From: Candidatus Nomurabacteria bacterium
Lineage (GTDB): Bacteria; Patescibacteriota; Minisyncoccia; Phycocordibacterales; UBA918
Assembly (NCBI GenBank): GCA_023898525.1
Contig: CP060227.1
Coordinates: 1,021,932 to 1,085,931, forward strand
DNA: 64,000 bases
Reading direction: 5' to 3'
The notes under the pieces are model-generated. The model saw only the letters and a program-made list of their open reading frames with translations. It had not been told where the DNA came from and did no database searches. A program made the position numbers and the translations under genes. Positions 8,294-18,514 of the stretch are shown piece after piece (within the stretch, counting starts at the first letter, position 1; each line of letters opens with the position of its first letter).

Positions 8294-10942
8294 TCAACTT
8301 TTTGTTTTTAAATAAGTGTAAGAGAACCATTTTGCAATCTCCACAATTACTACATTTAGTAGTATCCACACGATTACAAATAATAACCAAGGTAAGGTTA
8401 GAGCACTGGTATCAAAGATGTTTTGGAAGAATGGTATGTATAGCGTCATTATCAACAGAGATAGTCCTCCTATTACTCCCAATAACAGTATTTTATTTTC
8501 AGTTAGTGAATACTTATAAATCGGTAGTTCTAAATTTCTAAAAGAAAAAGCGATAAGTAATATATACGAACCAAAACAAGCAAAGATAACATTTTGAGCG
8601 GTCTCTAATGGAACATCAAAGTCCAGTAAGGCGACATATAAGAAGAAAAGTAAGGTGGAGGTGAAAACTCCAACACCGATGGTTAAAAATTTAACCGATG
8701 AGTCAAAGAAGGTTTTGTTTGGCCTGTCTTTAGTTACAGCCTGTTTATCAAAAGCGTAGGCAATGGATGGAATGCTACCAGTAAATAGGTTGACCCATAT
8801 GATCTGAATGGCCGACAAGGGCATGGCTAAGCCGGCAATAATGGCTCCGCCGATTAAGAACACCTCATCTAAGGAATTGGACATAAGATAGACAAAAATT
8901 TTACGGATATTTTGGAGCATTCTTTTGCCTTCTTCTATCGTAGCAACAATGGTTTTGAAGTTGTCATCAAGTAAGACTAGGTCAGCTGTACTTTTGGCCA
9001 CGTCACTGCCGGAACCGACCGCAATCCCGATGTTGGCGGCTTTAAGTGATGGTGTATCGTTTACACCGTCGCCGGTCATGGCAACAATTTCGCAACGGGC
9101 TTGGTAGAGTTTGGTAATGCGAAGTTTGTCCTCCGGCGCTACTCGAGCAAAGATCTTTACGTGATCAAGGGCAGCAGTCAGTTCTTCGTCGTTCATTTGT
9201 TTTACTTGACTACCAGTCAAGATACTATGCTCTCCAACTTCCCAATTTAAGTCCTTGGCTACACTAAGGGCGGTGCCGGGCAGGTCTCCGGTGGCCATAA
9301 CTACTTTAACTCCGTATGAATCAATCTTCTTCAAGGCGTCCAAGACTTCTGGTCTGATTGGGTCGTAAAAACACACTACTCCAACAAAGGTAACGTCGGT
9401 AACGTCTTTTGGTGTAATTTCTGAATCAGTATCTTTGGGTGACATTAGTCCAATTCCCAGGACACGGCGCCCGTTTTGGCTAAGCTGTTCAATCACCTCG
9501 CTGGTTTTTTGATGTTCGTCACTGTCTAGACTGGAATGATTTAACAAGACGTCTGGTGCTCCTAAGATTACGTGCGGATTTTGTATATTTTTAAAATTCT
9601 TTGGGAGAAAGTGGGTGGATATGCTATTTACAGAAAACTTGTATTTTGAACTAAACGGTATAACGACTTTTATTTCACTTTTTTCCTTCTGTTTAAATCT
9701 GATCCCGTGCATCGCGGCACTCTGGACGATGTTTTTCTCTAAAATTGATCCCGTTATTACCCAGTCTTTGGGGTGTAGATCTTCGTCCTCGATAACTACA
9801 TCAGTGCTACATAGAGCTAGGGTCAGCAACTCTTTCTGATTTTCTGAGTATCTCTCTCTGGTACCGGTGAATATAGGTTTTGCTACCAGATCCTCCTGAC
9901 CGATAATATCAACCAGCTCCATCTTAGCTTGAGTTAAGGTGCCGGTCTTGTCGGTCATGATTAGGGTGGTTGAGCCTAGGGTCTCGGCGGCGGTTAGGCT
10001 GCGCATGATGCCGCGTTTTTTGGCAATTTGTTCAACACCAATGGCTAAAACGGCCGTAAGGCCAATCGGTAAGGATTCTGGGACGGCTCCAACGATGATC
10101 GCTATTGATATCAGGAGCATGTCAATAACTGGTTGTTCCTGAAGCAGGCCGAGGATAAAAACCAGCAATACTACCGCTAAAATAACTACCACAATCACCT
10201 TGGTTAGTTTTTCCATCGCTATTTGGAGTGGAGTCTTTTCGGTTACGGTGGTGGCTACCAGTTTGGCCAATTTACCGATCTCGGTTTGGTTACCGGTCGC
10301 GGTAACAATAGCATAAGCTGAACCAACAACCGCCAAGGTTCCAGCGTAGATCATGTTTGTCCGGTCGGCCAGTAAAGTGGTTTCTGAGATTGTTTCAATT
10401 GATTTGGCTTCTGGTATAGATTCGCCAGTTAGTAGCGATTCGTCTACGGTCAGACCGTTTTCCTTAATAATGCGGGCGTCAGCTGTGATACGGGTTCCTC
10501 GGGTAATATGTATTAGGTCACCAGGCACTAAGAGTCTGGCGTCAACCTCGCTTTCTTTTCCGTCTCTAATTACTCTGGCTCGGTCCAAAATATATGATTT
10601 TAAATCAGCAATAGCCCGTTCGGCTTTGTATTCCTGAAAAAATCCCAAAATAGTATTTACTACAATTGCAAAAGATATAACCAGCGCGTCTGCCCATTCG
10701 TTCAGGGTAACGGTTAGGGCCACCGCTATTAACAAGACGATTATCAGGGCATTATTAAATTGGTGAAAAAAAATCTTAAGAGCCCCACGAGTATTATCGT
10801 CGGTAAAAATATTATCCCCATATAGAGATAGGCGGTCTTCGGCTTTTTGGCTGGTTAAGCCAAGGGTTTGGTCGGTACTTAGCTCCTTGGCTAGTTGTGT
10901 ACTGTCTTTTACCCAAGGGTTTATTAACTGGTTCATAGCCAT
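8294..10942 (-). CDS. P-type cation-transporting ATPase (type II, Ca2+/Mg2+-ATPase-like)
   Basis: Phosphorylation motif DKTGTLT. Hinge motif TGDGVNDTPSLKAANIGIAVG. About 10 TM helices, 882 aa. Confidence 0.9.
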   Translation of the reverse strand: MAMNQLINPWVKDSTQLAKELSTDQTLGLTSQKAEDRLSLYGDNIFTDDNTRGALKIFFHQFNNALIIVLLIAVALTVTLNEWADALVISFAIVVNTILGFFQEYKAERAIADLKSYILDRARVIRDGKESEVDARLLVPGDLIHITRGTRITADARIIKENGLTVDESLLTGESIPEAKSIETISETTLLADRTNMIYAGTLAVVGSAYAIVTATGNQTEIGKLAKLVATTVTEKTPLQIAMEKLTKVIVVVILAVVLLVFILGLLQEQPVIDMLLISIAIIVGAVPESLPIGLTAVLAIGVEQIAKKRGIMRSLTAAETLGSTTLIMTDKTGTLTQAKMELVDIIGQEDLVAKPIFTGTRERYSENQKELLTLALCSTDVVIEDEDLHPKDWVITGSILEKNIVQSAAMHGIRFKQKEKSEIKVVIPFSSKYKFSVNSISTHFLPKNFKNIQNPHVILGAPDVLLNHSSLDSDEHQKTSEVIEQLSQNGRRVLGIGLMSPKDTDSEITPKDVTDVTFVGVVCFYDPIRPEVLDALKKIDSYGVKVVMATGDLPGTALSVAKDLNWEVGEHSILTGSQVKQMNDEELTAALDHVKIFARVAPEDKLRITKLYQARCEIVAMTGDGVNDTPSLKAANIGIAVGSGSDVAKSTADLVLLDDNFKTIVATIEEGKRMLQNIRKIFVYLMSNSLDEVFLIGGAIIAGLAMPLSAIQIIWVNLFTGSIPSIAYAFDKQAVTKDRPNKTFFDSSVKFLTIGVGVFTSTLLFFLYVALLDFDVPLETAQNVIFACFGSYILLIAFSFRNLELPIYKYSLTENKILLLGVIGGLSLLIMTLYIPFFQNIFDTSALTLPWLLFVIVWILLNVVIVEIAKWFSYTYLKTKS

Positions 10943-11043
10943 GATCTTAGTTTAACAAAAAAACCAATAATAAGTACTTTATTTTAGTACTATATGTGGT
11001 TTTCTCGTTTGGTGTAGTCCTTATATGCTACAATTATGGCTAT

Positions 11044-11730
11044 ATGAAAAATCCGTGGGTAATAATTGGAGTAATTGTATTAGTATTAGTAGGAGGTTTA
11101 TTCTTGTATTCTGGCAGTAATGGAGAAAAAAATAATGAAGGAGTCGATGCTACCAAGGTCTACACTAAAGGTAATCCAGAGGCATCGGTAAGACTGGTCG
11201 AATACAGCGATTTTCAGTGCCCGGCCTGTGGCGCTTGGCACCCAATCATTAAAGAGGTTTTAAGTAATGTTCAGGAAGACGTCGTCTTTGAGTACAAGCA
11301 TTTCCCTTTACCAATGCATGGATTTGCTGAGGCGGCCGCTAGGGCAGCCGAAGCTGCTGGACAGCAAGGTAAGTTTTACGAATACCATGATCTTTTGTTC
11401 GAAAACCAGTCAATCTGGTCGACCAGTGGTAATCCCACATCAATGTTTATCAAATATGCTGAAGAGCTTGGTTTAGATATAGACACATTTAAGCGTCAGA
11501 TGAAGTCGTCGCTGTTGGTGGACAAAATTGCAAATGATGTTAAGGAAGGACATGAGCTTGGGATCACTGGAACACCAACTTTCTTTATTAATGGTGAAAG
11601 GGTGGTATTTGGTCCTAATATGACCACCGGAGAAGCGGTCAATCAGCTTTATCAACAAATATCCAATGCCGCTAATCCAGAGGTGCAATTTGAATTAAAT
11701 CTACCGAATTTACCTGAAAATACCAATTAA
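11044..11730 (+). CDS. DsbA/BdbD-like thiol-disulfide oxidoreductase, membrane-anchored
   Basis: N-terminal TM and thioredoxin-fold CPAC active site (DFQCPACGAWHP). Track start 10996 is GTG and the ATG is at 11044. Confidence 0.75.
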   Translation: MKNPWVIIGVIVLVLVGGLFLYSGSNGEKNNEGVDATKVYTKGNPEASVRLVEYSDFQCPACGAWHPIIKEVLSNVQEDVVFEYKHFPLPMHGFAEAAARAAEAAGQQGKFYEYHDLLFENQSIWSTSGNPTSMFIKYAEELGLDIDTFKRQMKSSLLVDKIANDVKEGHELGITGTPTFFINGERVVFGPNMTTGEAVNQLYQQISNAANPEVQFELNLPNLPENTN

Positions 11731-11858
11731 TTTGTCAAGACTTGATTTTTGTTCATTTTTGTTCTTTTAAAATTATCTGACAAAAAATGTAGTATGCTGT
11801 TTATTCAAAATTTATTAACGGCGAAGATAAGATTTTAGATTATTTATATCTAAACTTT

Positions 11859-13208
11859 ATGCAAGAAGAAAACATTCAAGACGATACGTCACCAAAGTCA
11901 AAACCAGAAAAAAATATTTTGGTGTACGTTATGAGTATCCCGCCGGGAACAATCAAGAGTATACGTGAATACGAAAAAGTAGCCGGTAGCAAATTTAGGG
12001 TAATGCTGCTTTGGGATTCAAGGGTTAGGGGATTGCCGGAAAGGCTCGAGGTGATTAAGGATCTAGATCTAAGTTTAAGCTGTGACTTAGGAAAATCGGA
12101 CGAAATAGCCAAGGCCCTTTTGCCTTATCAGGACGAACTCCTGGCTATAACTTGCAGACAAGAACAGAGTATAGCTAGATTTGCTGAGGTTATACCTCAT
12201 GTACCTTACCTATCTACGCCAACCACAGAATCATTGCGTTGGGCCAGTGATAAGTACATGATGCGAAAGCGGTTACAAATTTTTGATCCCAAAATTAACC
12301 CTAAGTTTACCTTGGTAAAAAACAACACCAAGAAAGAGCGAGAACGAATAGTTAAGAGTATCGGTTTTCCTATGATGATTAAGCCGACTAACATGGCCGG
12401 TAGTCTTTTGGTGTCCATTTGTTACCACGAGGAGGATTTAGAAAAATCTTTACGCACCACCTTCAAAAAGTTACGAAAAGCCTACGCTTTGGATAAGCGA
12501 GTGGAGGAGCCAAAACTTATTGCTGAAGAATATATGGACGGCGATATGTATTCAGTTGACTCTTATGTTGGTCCTCGAGGTGGTATTGAGCATTGCCCGT
12601 TGGTTAAGGTTGTGACTGGTAAAAAAATTGGACACGATGATTTTTATGGCTATCTTCAGATTACTCCACCGGTGTTCAAAAAAGAGACGATTGAAAAAGC
12701 CGAATTGGTTACCAAAAAAGCTATCCACGCACTGGGACTTAGAAACACTATGACTCACACTGAGTTGATGAAAATTGATGATGAATGGAAGGTGGTGGAG
12801 ATTGGGGCTCGTATGGGCGGTTTTAGACATCTGCTACACAGTTTGACCTGTAATATTGACCACTCTCTAAATGATATCTTAACTAGAATTCCGCAGAAAG
12901 TGACCGTTTCTAAAAAATGCAACAGTTATGCCTGTGCCATGAAGTGGTTTGCCAGTGAAGAGGGTAAAATAACCGAAATGAAAGGCATTAAGAAGATTGA
13001 GCAATTACAATCATTCCATAGTATAGATGTAAATAAGAAAATCGGTGATCGAGCGGTTTTTGCTAGAAATGGTGGGCGTTCTGTCTTTAATCTTATCTTG
13101 CATAATGCTGACCGGTCTAAACTTCTGTCTGATATCAGACGAGTAGAACAATTAGTGGAGATAAAAGTCTCTTCGCGCAAGAAAGGTGGGGAAGCCGCTA
13201 AACAATAG
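11859..13208 (+). CDS. ATP-grasp fold enzyme (carboxylate-amine ligase-like)
   Basis: Central and C-terminal region resembles an ATP-grasp domain (PMMIKPTNMAGS, EEYMDGDMYSVD, IGARMGG). N-terminal roughly 150 aa unassigned. Confidence 0.55.
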   Translation: MQEENIQDDTSPKSKPEKNILVYVMSIPPGTIKSIREYEKVAGSKFRVMLLWDSRVRGLPERLEVIKDLDLSLSCDLGKSDEIAKALLPYQDELLAITCRQEQSIARFAEVIPHVPYLSTPTTESLRWASDKYMMRKRLQIFDPKINPKFTLVKNNTKKERERIVKSIGFPMMIKPTNMAGSLLVSICYHEEDLEKSLRTTFKKLRKAYALDKRVEEPKLIAEEYMDGDMYSVDSYVGPRGGIEHCPLVKVVTGKKIGHDDFYGYLQITPPVFKKETIEKAELVTKKAIHALGLRNTMTHTELMKIDDEWKVVEIGARMGGFRHLLHSLTCNIDHSLNDILTRIPQKVTVSKKCNSYACAMKWFASEEGKITEMKGIKKIEQLQSFHSIDVNKKIGDRAVFARNGGRSVFNLILHNADRSKLLSDIRRVEQLVEIKVSSRKKGGEAAKQ

Positions 13209-13225
13209 TACCTATATCTGGTAAG

Positions 13226-14011
13226 ATGGTGGTAAGTATGATGCGCACTCGTGATTTTTTGCTGTTTCTACTGTCGGCCGGATTTTTGGTGTTGGCGATT
13301 TTAATTACAGCGAAGGATGATGAGACTAATCAGGAACCGGTAAAGTTGTTTGAAGATGGTGTAGAGGAGACTATCTATTCAGCAACGGTTGATGCATTTT
13401 CAGAATTAAATCGTGCCGAAAATTTGGCTCACATGCGAGAGAAATTGGCTGAAAATGGAGTTAGTCAGCAGGTGGCATCCGCCATATCAGCTACCTTGGA
13501 GACTTCAACTGATTTGCCGCTAATAGACAATGTGGATTTGGAGGATGAGGTTGCTGATGAGAACGAGCCGCTTTTATGTGCAAATTATCATACTGCAGCG
13601 CCACTTTGGACACCACAAGGTTTGTCATTTGAGGTGGTCGAAGGAGCGCGCATCTTGTATCGTCATAATGATATAGCTACTTCAGGAAATCAGCTTAATG
13701 GTGAGATGGTTTTACAGCTACCTCTTAGATCTACAGCACAATCTGCTCCCAGTTGTATATCAACTGACGTGGTTGGTGTAGCTCTTGATGGGTCGTTGAT
13801 AAGAAACAACGAGCAGAATTTGTACTCTATTTTTGGTGCTGATTCACTAATCGGCTATGCTCTTGATGGGTTTCCAATTTATGGTTTAAATGAGACAGTT
13901 AAAGCCGATCGTTGTGGTGGCCTTGGTGTAGGTGGTCAGTACCGGTATTACTTATCATCGGAACGTACTAGTGTGCTAGGTTGTTTTGCTGGTGTGCCGG
14001 TTAATCTATAA
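13226..14011 (+). CDS. secreted/anchored YHYH-like domain protein
   Basis: N-terminal TM. GYALDGFPIYG and QYRYY resemble YHYH-domain (PF14240-like) signatures, recalled from memory. Confidence 0.45.
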   Translation: MVVSMMRTRDFLLFLLSAGFLVLAILITAKDDETNQEPVKLFEDGVEETIYSATVDAFSELNRAENLAHMREKLAENGVSQQVASAISATLETSTDLPLIDNVDLEDEVADENEPLLCANYHTAAPLWTPQGLSFEVVEGARILYRHNDIATSGNQLNGEMVLQLPLRSTAQSAPSCISTDVVGVALDGSLIRNNEQNLYSIFGADSLIGYALDGFPIYGLNETVKADRCGGLGVGGQYRYYLSSERTSVLGCFAGVPVNL

Positions 14012-14016
14012 TAAAC

Positions 14017-14742
14017 ATGCCTACCCTTATTTTTGATATTGAAACAGTGGGAGAGAACTGGAGTGGCTTAGATGAAACAACTAAATCCGTTTTAACACAC
14101 TGGCTGGATAAGACCAGTCGCACGACTGAAGAAAAAGAACTAATGCTTAAGGATATTAAGTCAGGGCTGGGCTTTTCACCTTTGACGGGCTTTGTGGTAG
14201 CGATTGGCCTTTATGATTTGGAGAGACGGCAAGGGGTGGTCTACTACACTGGATCAGGCGAAGAAATTGATGAAGAAATTGATGGCTATGTCTACAAACA
14301 ACGAACTGAGAGTGAGATGATTAGTGAATTTTGGGATGGAGCTAAACATTATGATACTTTCGTTACTTTCAACGGCCGTTCGTTTGATGTTCCTTTTTTG
14401 CTACATCGTTCAGTGGTGCATAGCGTTAAGCCGACTAAAAATTTAATGGAGGGACGATATCCAAATCAGCAAAAAAGTTGTCGACATGTTGATCTGCAGG
14501 ATGAGCTAACTTTTTTTGGGGCGATGTATCGTCGGCCAAGTTTGCATCTTTTCTGTCGTGCTTATGGGATAGATAGTCCAAAGGCAGAGGTGAGCGGTGA
14601 TGATGTCGCGGAACTTTTTCTGGGAAAAAAGTTCCGCGACATCGCTCTATACAACGCCCGCGATGTAGTAGCAACTACTGCTCTTTACGAAAAATGGCAC
14701 GATTACCTGCGGTTTGATACTGAGGAAAAGATTGATTTTTGA
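14017..14742 (+). CDS. RNase H-fold 3'-5' exonuclease related to the PolB exonuclease domain
   Basis: Exo I motif LIFDIETVG and exo II-like FNGRSFDVPFL. Stand-alone 241 aa protein. Confidence 0.6.
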   Translation: MPTLIFDIETVGENWSGLDETTKSVLTHWLDKTSRTTEEKELMLKDIKSGLGFSPLTGFVVAIGLYDLERRQGVVYYTGSGEEIDEEIDGYVYKQRTESEMISEFWDGAKHYDTFVTFNGRSFDVPFLLHRSVVHSVKPTKNLMEGRYPNQQKSCRHVDLQDELTFFGAMYRRPSLHLFCRAYGIDSPKAEVSGDDVAELFLGKKFRDIALYNARDVVATTALYEKWHDYLRFDTEEKIDF

Positions 14743-14813
14743 GTAATATTGTGGTTTTATTTAATTAGCTTACTTATATTTATAGAACATTACATTAATG
14801 GTGGGGGGTAAAT

Positions 14814-15221
14814 ATGTTCTTTTCCAAAATTACAAATTTTTTCAGGCCATGGTGGGAAGTAGTTGATCGTGACGAAGTTTCTGAGCAGTATGGAATAAAG
14901 ATAACGGGTGATCCGACTGCTTGGCCCAAATGGATTTTAATTTTATGGCGCTTTCAGCACAAGTGGTGTATCTTCGAAGTTGAAAATAATGATGAATCAT
15001 ACTGGGTTTATTTTGTAGATAGAAAAACTAGTATGATGTATCGAAAGGAGATAATTGGCAAATATTTTGCTGCTCGTATACCAAAACAAGACATTAGGTT
15101 TGTGGCGGTTAACACTTTTAATCTAGAATGTTCGTTTAAGATAAGAGTTGTCGAGACTTGTCTCAGTTATTTGGAGGTCCACGATCATAAATCAGATTTT
15201 CCTGGGCTTGAGCTCATTTAA
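14814..15221 (+). CDS. hypothetical protein
   Basis: 135 aa ORF preceded by a G-rich RBS. No homology recognised. Confidence 0.4.
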   Translation: MFFSKITNFFRPWWEVVDRDEVSEQYGIKITGDPTAWPKWILILWRFQHKWCIFEVENNDESYWVYFVDRKTSMMYRKEIIGKYFAARIPKQDIRFVAVNTFNLECSFKIRVVETCLSYLEVHDHKSDFPGLELI

Positions 15222-15241
15222 TTTTTAACTGCCTGTTTGAG

Positions 15242-15275
15242 AAAGCTGTGTGTTAACTCATACAGCTTTTTGTTA
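15242..15275 (+). terminator. hairpin terminator after the 14814..15221 gene
   Basis: AAAGCTGT...ACAGCTTT 8-bp stem followed by a T-rich run. Confidence 0.4.
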
Positions 15276-15288
15276 TACTTATTCTACT

Positions 15289-16518
15289 ATGGCTGAAAAA
15301 AAATTTCCCGAAGGATTTTATTGGGGCGCGGCTACTTCCGCTTTTCAGGTTGAAGGTGGAATTGAAAATGTTGATTGGTCTAAAGCTGCCAAAGAAGGTA
15401 GGGTACCGGTCTGTGGCAGAGCTTGTGATCATTATCATCGCTATGAAGAGGACTTTGATATTGCTAAAGAACTGGGTCATACCGCTCATCGTTTTTCAGT
15501 TGAATGGGCGAGGATTGAGCCGGAAGAAGGAAAATTTAATGAAGAAACTATCCTGCATTACCGGAAGGTTTTGGAAGCGCTGCATAAGCGTGGAATTAAA
15601 CCGTTTATTACTCTGTGGCACTTTACTTTACCGCTTTGGTTTTCTGAATCAGGGGGTTTTGAGCGTAAGGATGCCCCTGAAATATTTGCTCGTTATTCAG
15701 CCTTTGTAGTATCAGGTCTTGGTGATCTTTGTGGACACTTTTCAACCATGAATGAGCCAAATGTTTTTGGTAGTAATGGTTGGCTTAGAGGTTCCTGGCC
15801 ACCTTTTAAACGTTTCTCTCTGACTGATATGGTGGCGATAACCAATTCGGGTCGCCAGCATGAAGCTAAAGCCAGTAAAGGTATTAAACCTTTGTTTTTG
15901 TATTTTAAAGTGATGAAAAACTTGGCTGATGCACACAATCTGGCTTATCAAGAGATAAAAAAAACTTCGCCACAAACTGAAGTTAGTGTTGTTAAGCACG
16001 TTATAGTTTTTGACGCTAATTGGAATCCTTTTAATAAACTGGCAGCTAAATTCGCTAATTATATTTGGACGCACAAGTTTATGAAGCGTGTATATAAACA
16101 CTGCGATTCCATAGGTTTGAATTATTATTTTTATACTCAATTTGGAGATAAAAGACAATGGCGAAAGACAGATATGGATTGGAATTTTGCACCGGAAAGG
16201 ATTTATGATGCTTTGATTATGCTTAGTCGATACAATAAGCCATTGTTTATTTCTGAAGCTGGGTTGGCCGATGCGTCTGATTCAGGTCGAGAGGAGTATA
16301 TAACAAAGCAAGTAGCAGCTACTTGGCAAGCCATTCAAGAAGAGGTAGATGTTCGTGGTCATTTATATTGGTCACTCTTAGATAATTACGAGTGGGCGCT
16401 GGGCTTTGGAAAAAGATTTGGTCTTGTTGAAGTTAATTACGATACGCTAGAGAGAAAAATCCGACCATCCGCCTACGTGTATAAGAAAATCTGTGAGGAA
16501 AATGGGGTGGTAGAATAA
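15289..16518 (+). CDS. glycoside hydrolase family 1 (beta-glucosidase/6-phospho-beta-glucosidase-like)
   Basis: FPEGFYWGAATSAFQVEGG N-terminal signature. Acid/base region TMNEPNVF. Nucleophile region FISEAGLAD. Track start 15250 is GTG inside the upstream terminator, so the ATG at 15289 was used. Confidence 0.8.
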   Translation: MAEKKFPEGFYWGAATSAFQVEGGIENVDWSKAAKEGRVPVCGRACDHYHRYEEDFDIAKELGHTAHRFSVEWARIEPEEGKFNEETILHYRKVLEALHKRGIKPFITLWHFTLPLWFSESGGFERKDAPEIFARYSAFVVSGLGDLCGHFSTMNEPNVFGSNGWLRGSWPPFKRFSLTDMVAITNSGRQHEAKASKGIKPLFLYFKVMKNLADAHNLAYQEIKKTSPQTEVSVVKHVIVFDANWNPFNKLAAKFANYIWTHKFMKRVYKHCDSIGLNYYFYTQFGDKRQWRKTDMDWNFAPERIYDALIMLSRYNKPLFISEAGLADASDSGREEYITKQVAATWQAIQEEVDVRGHLYWSLLDNYEWALGFGKRFGLVEVNYDTLERKIRPSAYVYKKICEENGVVE

Positions 16519-16522
16519 AGTC

Positions 16523-17455
16523 ATGTCATGGATATTGTTGGCTACTATTGGGCAATTTATCAACGCCATTGTAGCCTTTTTGGACAAATACATAGTGTCA
16601 GATGAAAAGGCTTTACCGCGTCCGTTTGTGTACGCTTTTTATTCCTGTCTTTTGACCGGTTCTTGGCTTTTGGTGTTTTTTGCCGGCTACATTCCGGTTT
16701 TGACTGCTATGGGTATACCGACTTTTGAAAATATCCAAAAACCAACCATACAAGTGGTCGGGATGTCGACTTTAGCGGCCTATACGTTCTTTATGGCTCT
16801 GGTGTCGCTTTACGATGCTTTAAAACAAAATGAAGCAGTTAATGTAATGCCGGTAGTTGGTGCAGTGTCGGCCCTTATGACTTTTGCTATGAGCTATCTG
16901 TTTTTGGGTACGGGTTTATCTCCTAATTTTATGTGGGGTGTATTGGTATTGGCTCTTGGTACTTCTTTGGTTACCCAAAGCATGCCCAAGCAGAGCACTA
17001 TCTTAATTGTTTTTCACAGTGGTCTGTTTTTTGCTCTACATTTCATCGCCATGAAGGGGCTTTTTCTGGAAACAAGCTTTGATGATGGTTTCTTTTGGTC
17101 TAGAGTTGCTCTCGTATTATTTGCTCTATCACTACTTTTGGTACCGGTCTATTACGAAAAGGTTAAGGAGCACACGAAAGGAACTAGTCCAAAAACTGGC
17201 TTCTTAATCATATTCGCTAAAATTTTAGCCGGTATTGCTGCTTTTTTACTTCTAAAAGCCACAGATCTCGGTGATGTGACGGTGGTGCAGGCTCTGGATG
17301 GGCTTAAGTTTGTCTTTATTTTACTCATTACCTTATTCTTTGGTTCACTCATGCCACAAACCTGTGTCAAGGTTGATACTCGGCCGCGAAGAGTGTTTCG
17401 TCAGGTGTTGTATGTCATGGTGATTACTGTTGGTTATTTCATTTTGTTTTTATAG
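16523..17455 (+). CDS. polytopic membrane protein (about 9-10 TM), possibly a transporter
   Basis: Hydrophobicity pattern only. Lies between two glycoside hydrolases with 4-7 nt intergenic gaps. Confidence 0.5.
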   Translation: MSWILLATIGQFINAIVAFLDKYIVSDEKALPRPFVYAFYSCLLTGSWLLVFFAGYIPVLTAMGIPTFENIQKPTIQVVGMSTLAAYTFFMALVSLYDALKQNEAVNVMPVVGAVSALMTFAMSYLFLGTGLSPNFMWGVLVLALGTSLVTQSMPKQSTILIVFHSGLFFALHFIAMKGLFLETSFDDGFFWSRVALVLFALSLLLVPVYYEKVKEHTKGTSPKTGFLIIFAKILAGIAAFLLLKATDLGDVTVVQALDGLKFVFILLITLFFGSLMPQTCVKVDTRPRRVFRQVLYVMVITVGYFILFL

Positions 17456-17462
17456 ATAGGTT

Positions 17463-18470
17463 ATGTATTGGTTTAAAAAAGCAGCTCTCATCTTAGTGTT
17501 CATTGTTTCCTTTTTGGCGTTACTTACGCTCTTCCTGTCTTACGAAAAGAAGCCTGAAACCATTACTTATGGTATGTCGTTTAATGTTCTTTATGCGAAA
17601 GAGCTCGGTCTTGATTGGCAGGAAACATATGATGCGATTTTAGACGACTTAGGGGTTAGACATCTGCGGTTGGCAGCCCACTGGCCGATGGTGGAACCGA
17701 TTAGGGGTGAATATAACTTTACCGAACTGGATTATCAGTTAGCTAGAGCAAAGGAAGTAGGAGCCGATGTTATTTTAGCGGTTGGACGACGGTTGCCACG
17801 CTGGCCAGAGTGTCATGTACCAAATTGGGCGAAGCCGCTTGATCTTGAAGAAAGAAATGCCGAACAGCTGGAATACATGAGGCAAGTAATAGAAAGATAT
17901 AAAGACGACCCGACCATAAAGTACTGGCAGGTTGAAAACGAACCCTTTTTGGAGTTATTTGCTTATGAGTTTTGTGGCAAGCTTGATGTCGGGTTTTTAG
18001 AAGAAGAGATTGCCTTAGTGCATGAACTTGATCCGACTAGACAAGTCATTGTGACTGATAGTGGAAACTTGGGTATGTGGAGTGGTGCTTACAAGCGGGG
18101 CGATATTTTCGGCACCAGTGTCTATGTGCATTTTTGGAATCCTGAACTTGGTCAATTTCGGACTTTGCAGCCAGCTTGGGTTTACCGAGTCAAAAATAAT
18201 TGGAACGCTATGATTTATGGAGAAAAACAAACGTTCTTGATTGAATTATCGGTGGAGCCATGGTTGGTAGCACCGATCTCTGATGTTCCTATTGAAACAC
18301 AGTTTTCGCGTATGGATTTAGAAAAATTTGAAGATATCTTAAAATATGCTGAATCTACTAGATTTGATAAACAATATCTTTGGGGTGCAGAATGGTGGTA
18401 TTGGCTTAAAACCAAAAAACGTCCTGAAATGTGGGAACGAGGACAGGAGTTATTTCTGAAAGAAAATTAA
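17463..18470 (+). CDS. TIM-barrel glycoside hydrolase (GH5/GH42-like), membrane-anchored
   Basis: N-terminal TM. Catalytic-acid motif VENEPF. (beta/alpha)8 glycosidase-like sequence. Confidence 0.55.
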   Translation: MYWFKKAALILVFIVSFLALLTLFLSYEKKPETITYGMSFNVLYAKELGLDWQETYDAILDDLGVRHLRLAAHWPMVEPIRGEYNFTELDYQLARAKEVGADVILAVGRRLPRWPECHVPNWAKPLDLEERNAEQLEYMRQVIERYKDDPTIKYWQVENEPFLELFAYEFCGKLDVGFLEEEIALVHELDPTRQVIVTDSGNLGMWSGAYKRGDIFGTSVYVHFWNPELGQFRTLQPAWVYRVKNNWNAMIYGEKQTFLIELSVEPWLVAPISDVPIETQFSRMDLEKFEDILKYAESTRFDKQYLWGAEWWYWLKTKKRPEMWERGQELFLKEN

Positions 18471-18514
18471 AAACCTTGCGTACAACTAAGTTACAAGCTA
18501 AATAATTTAAATAT

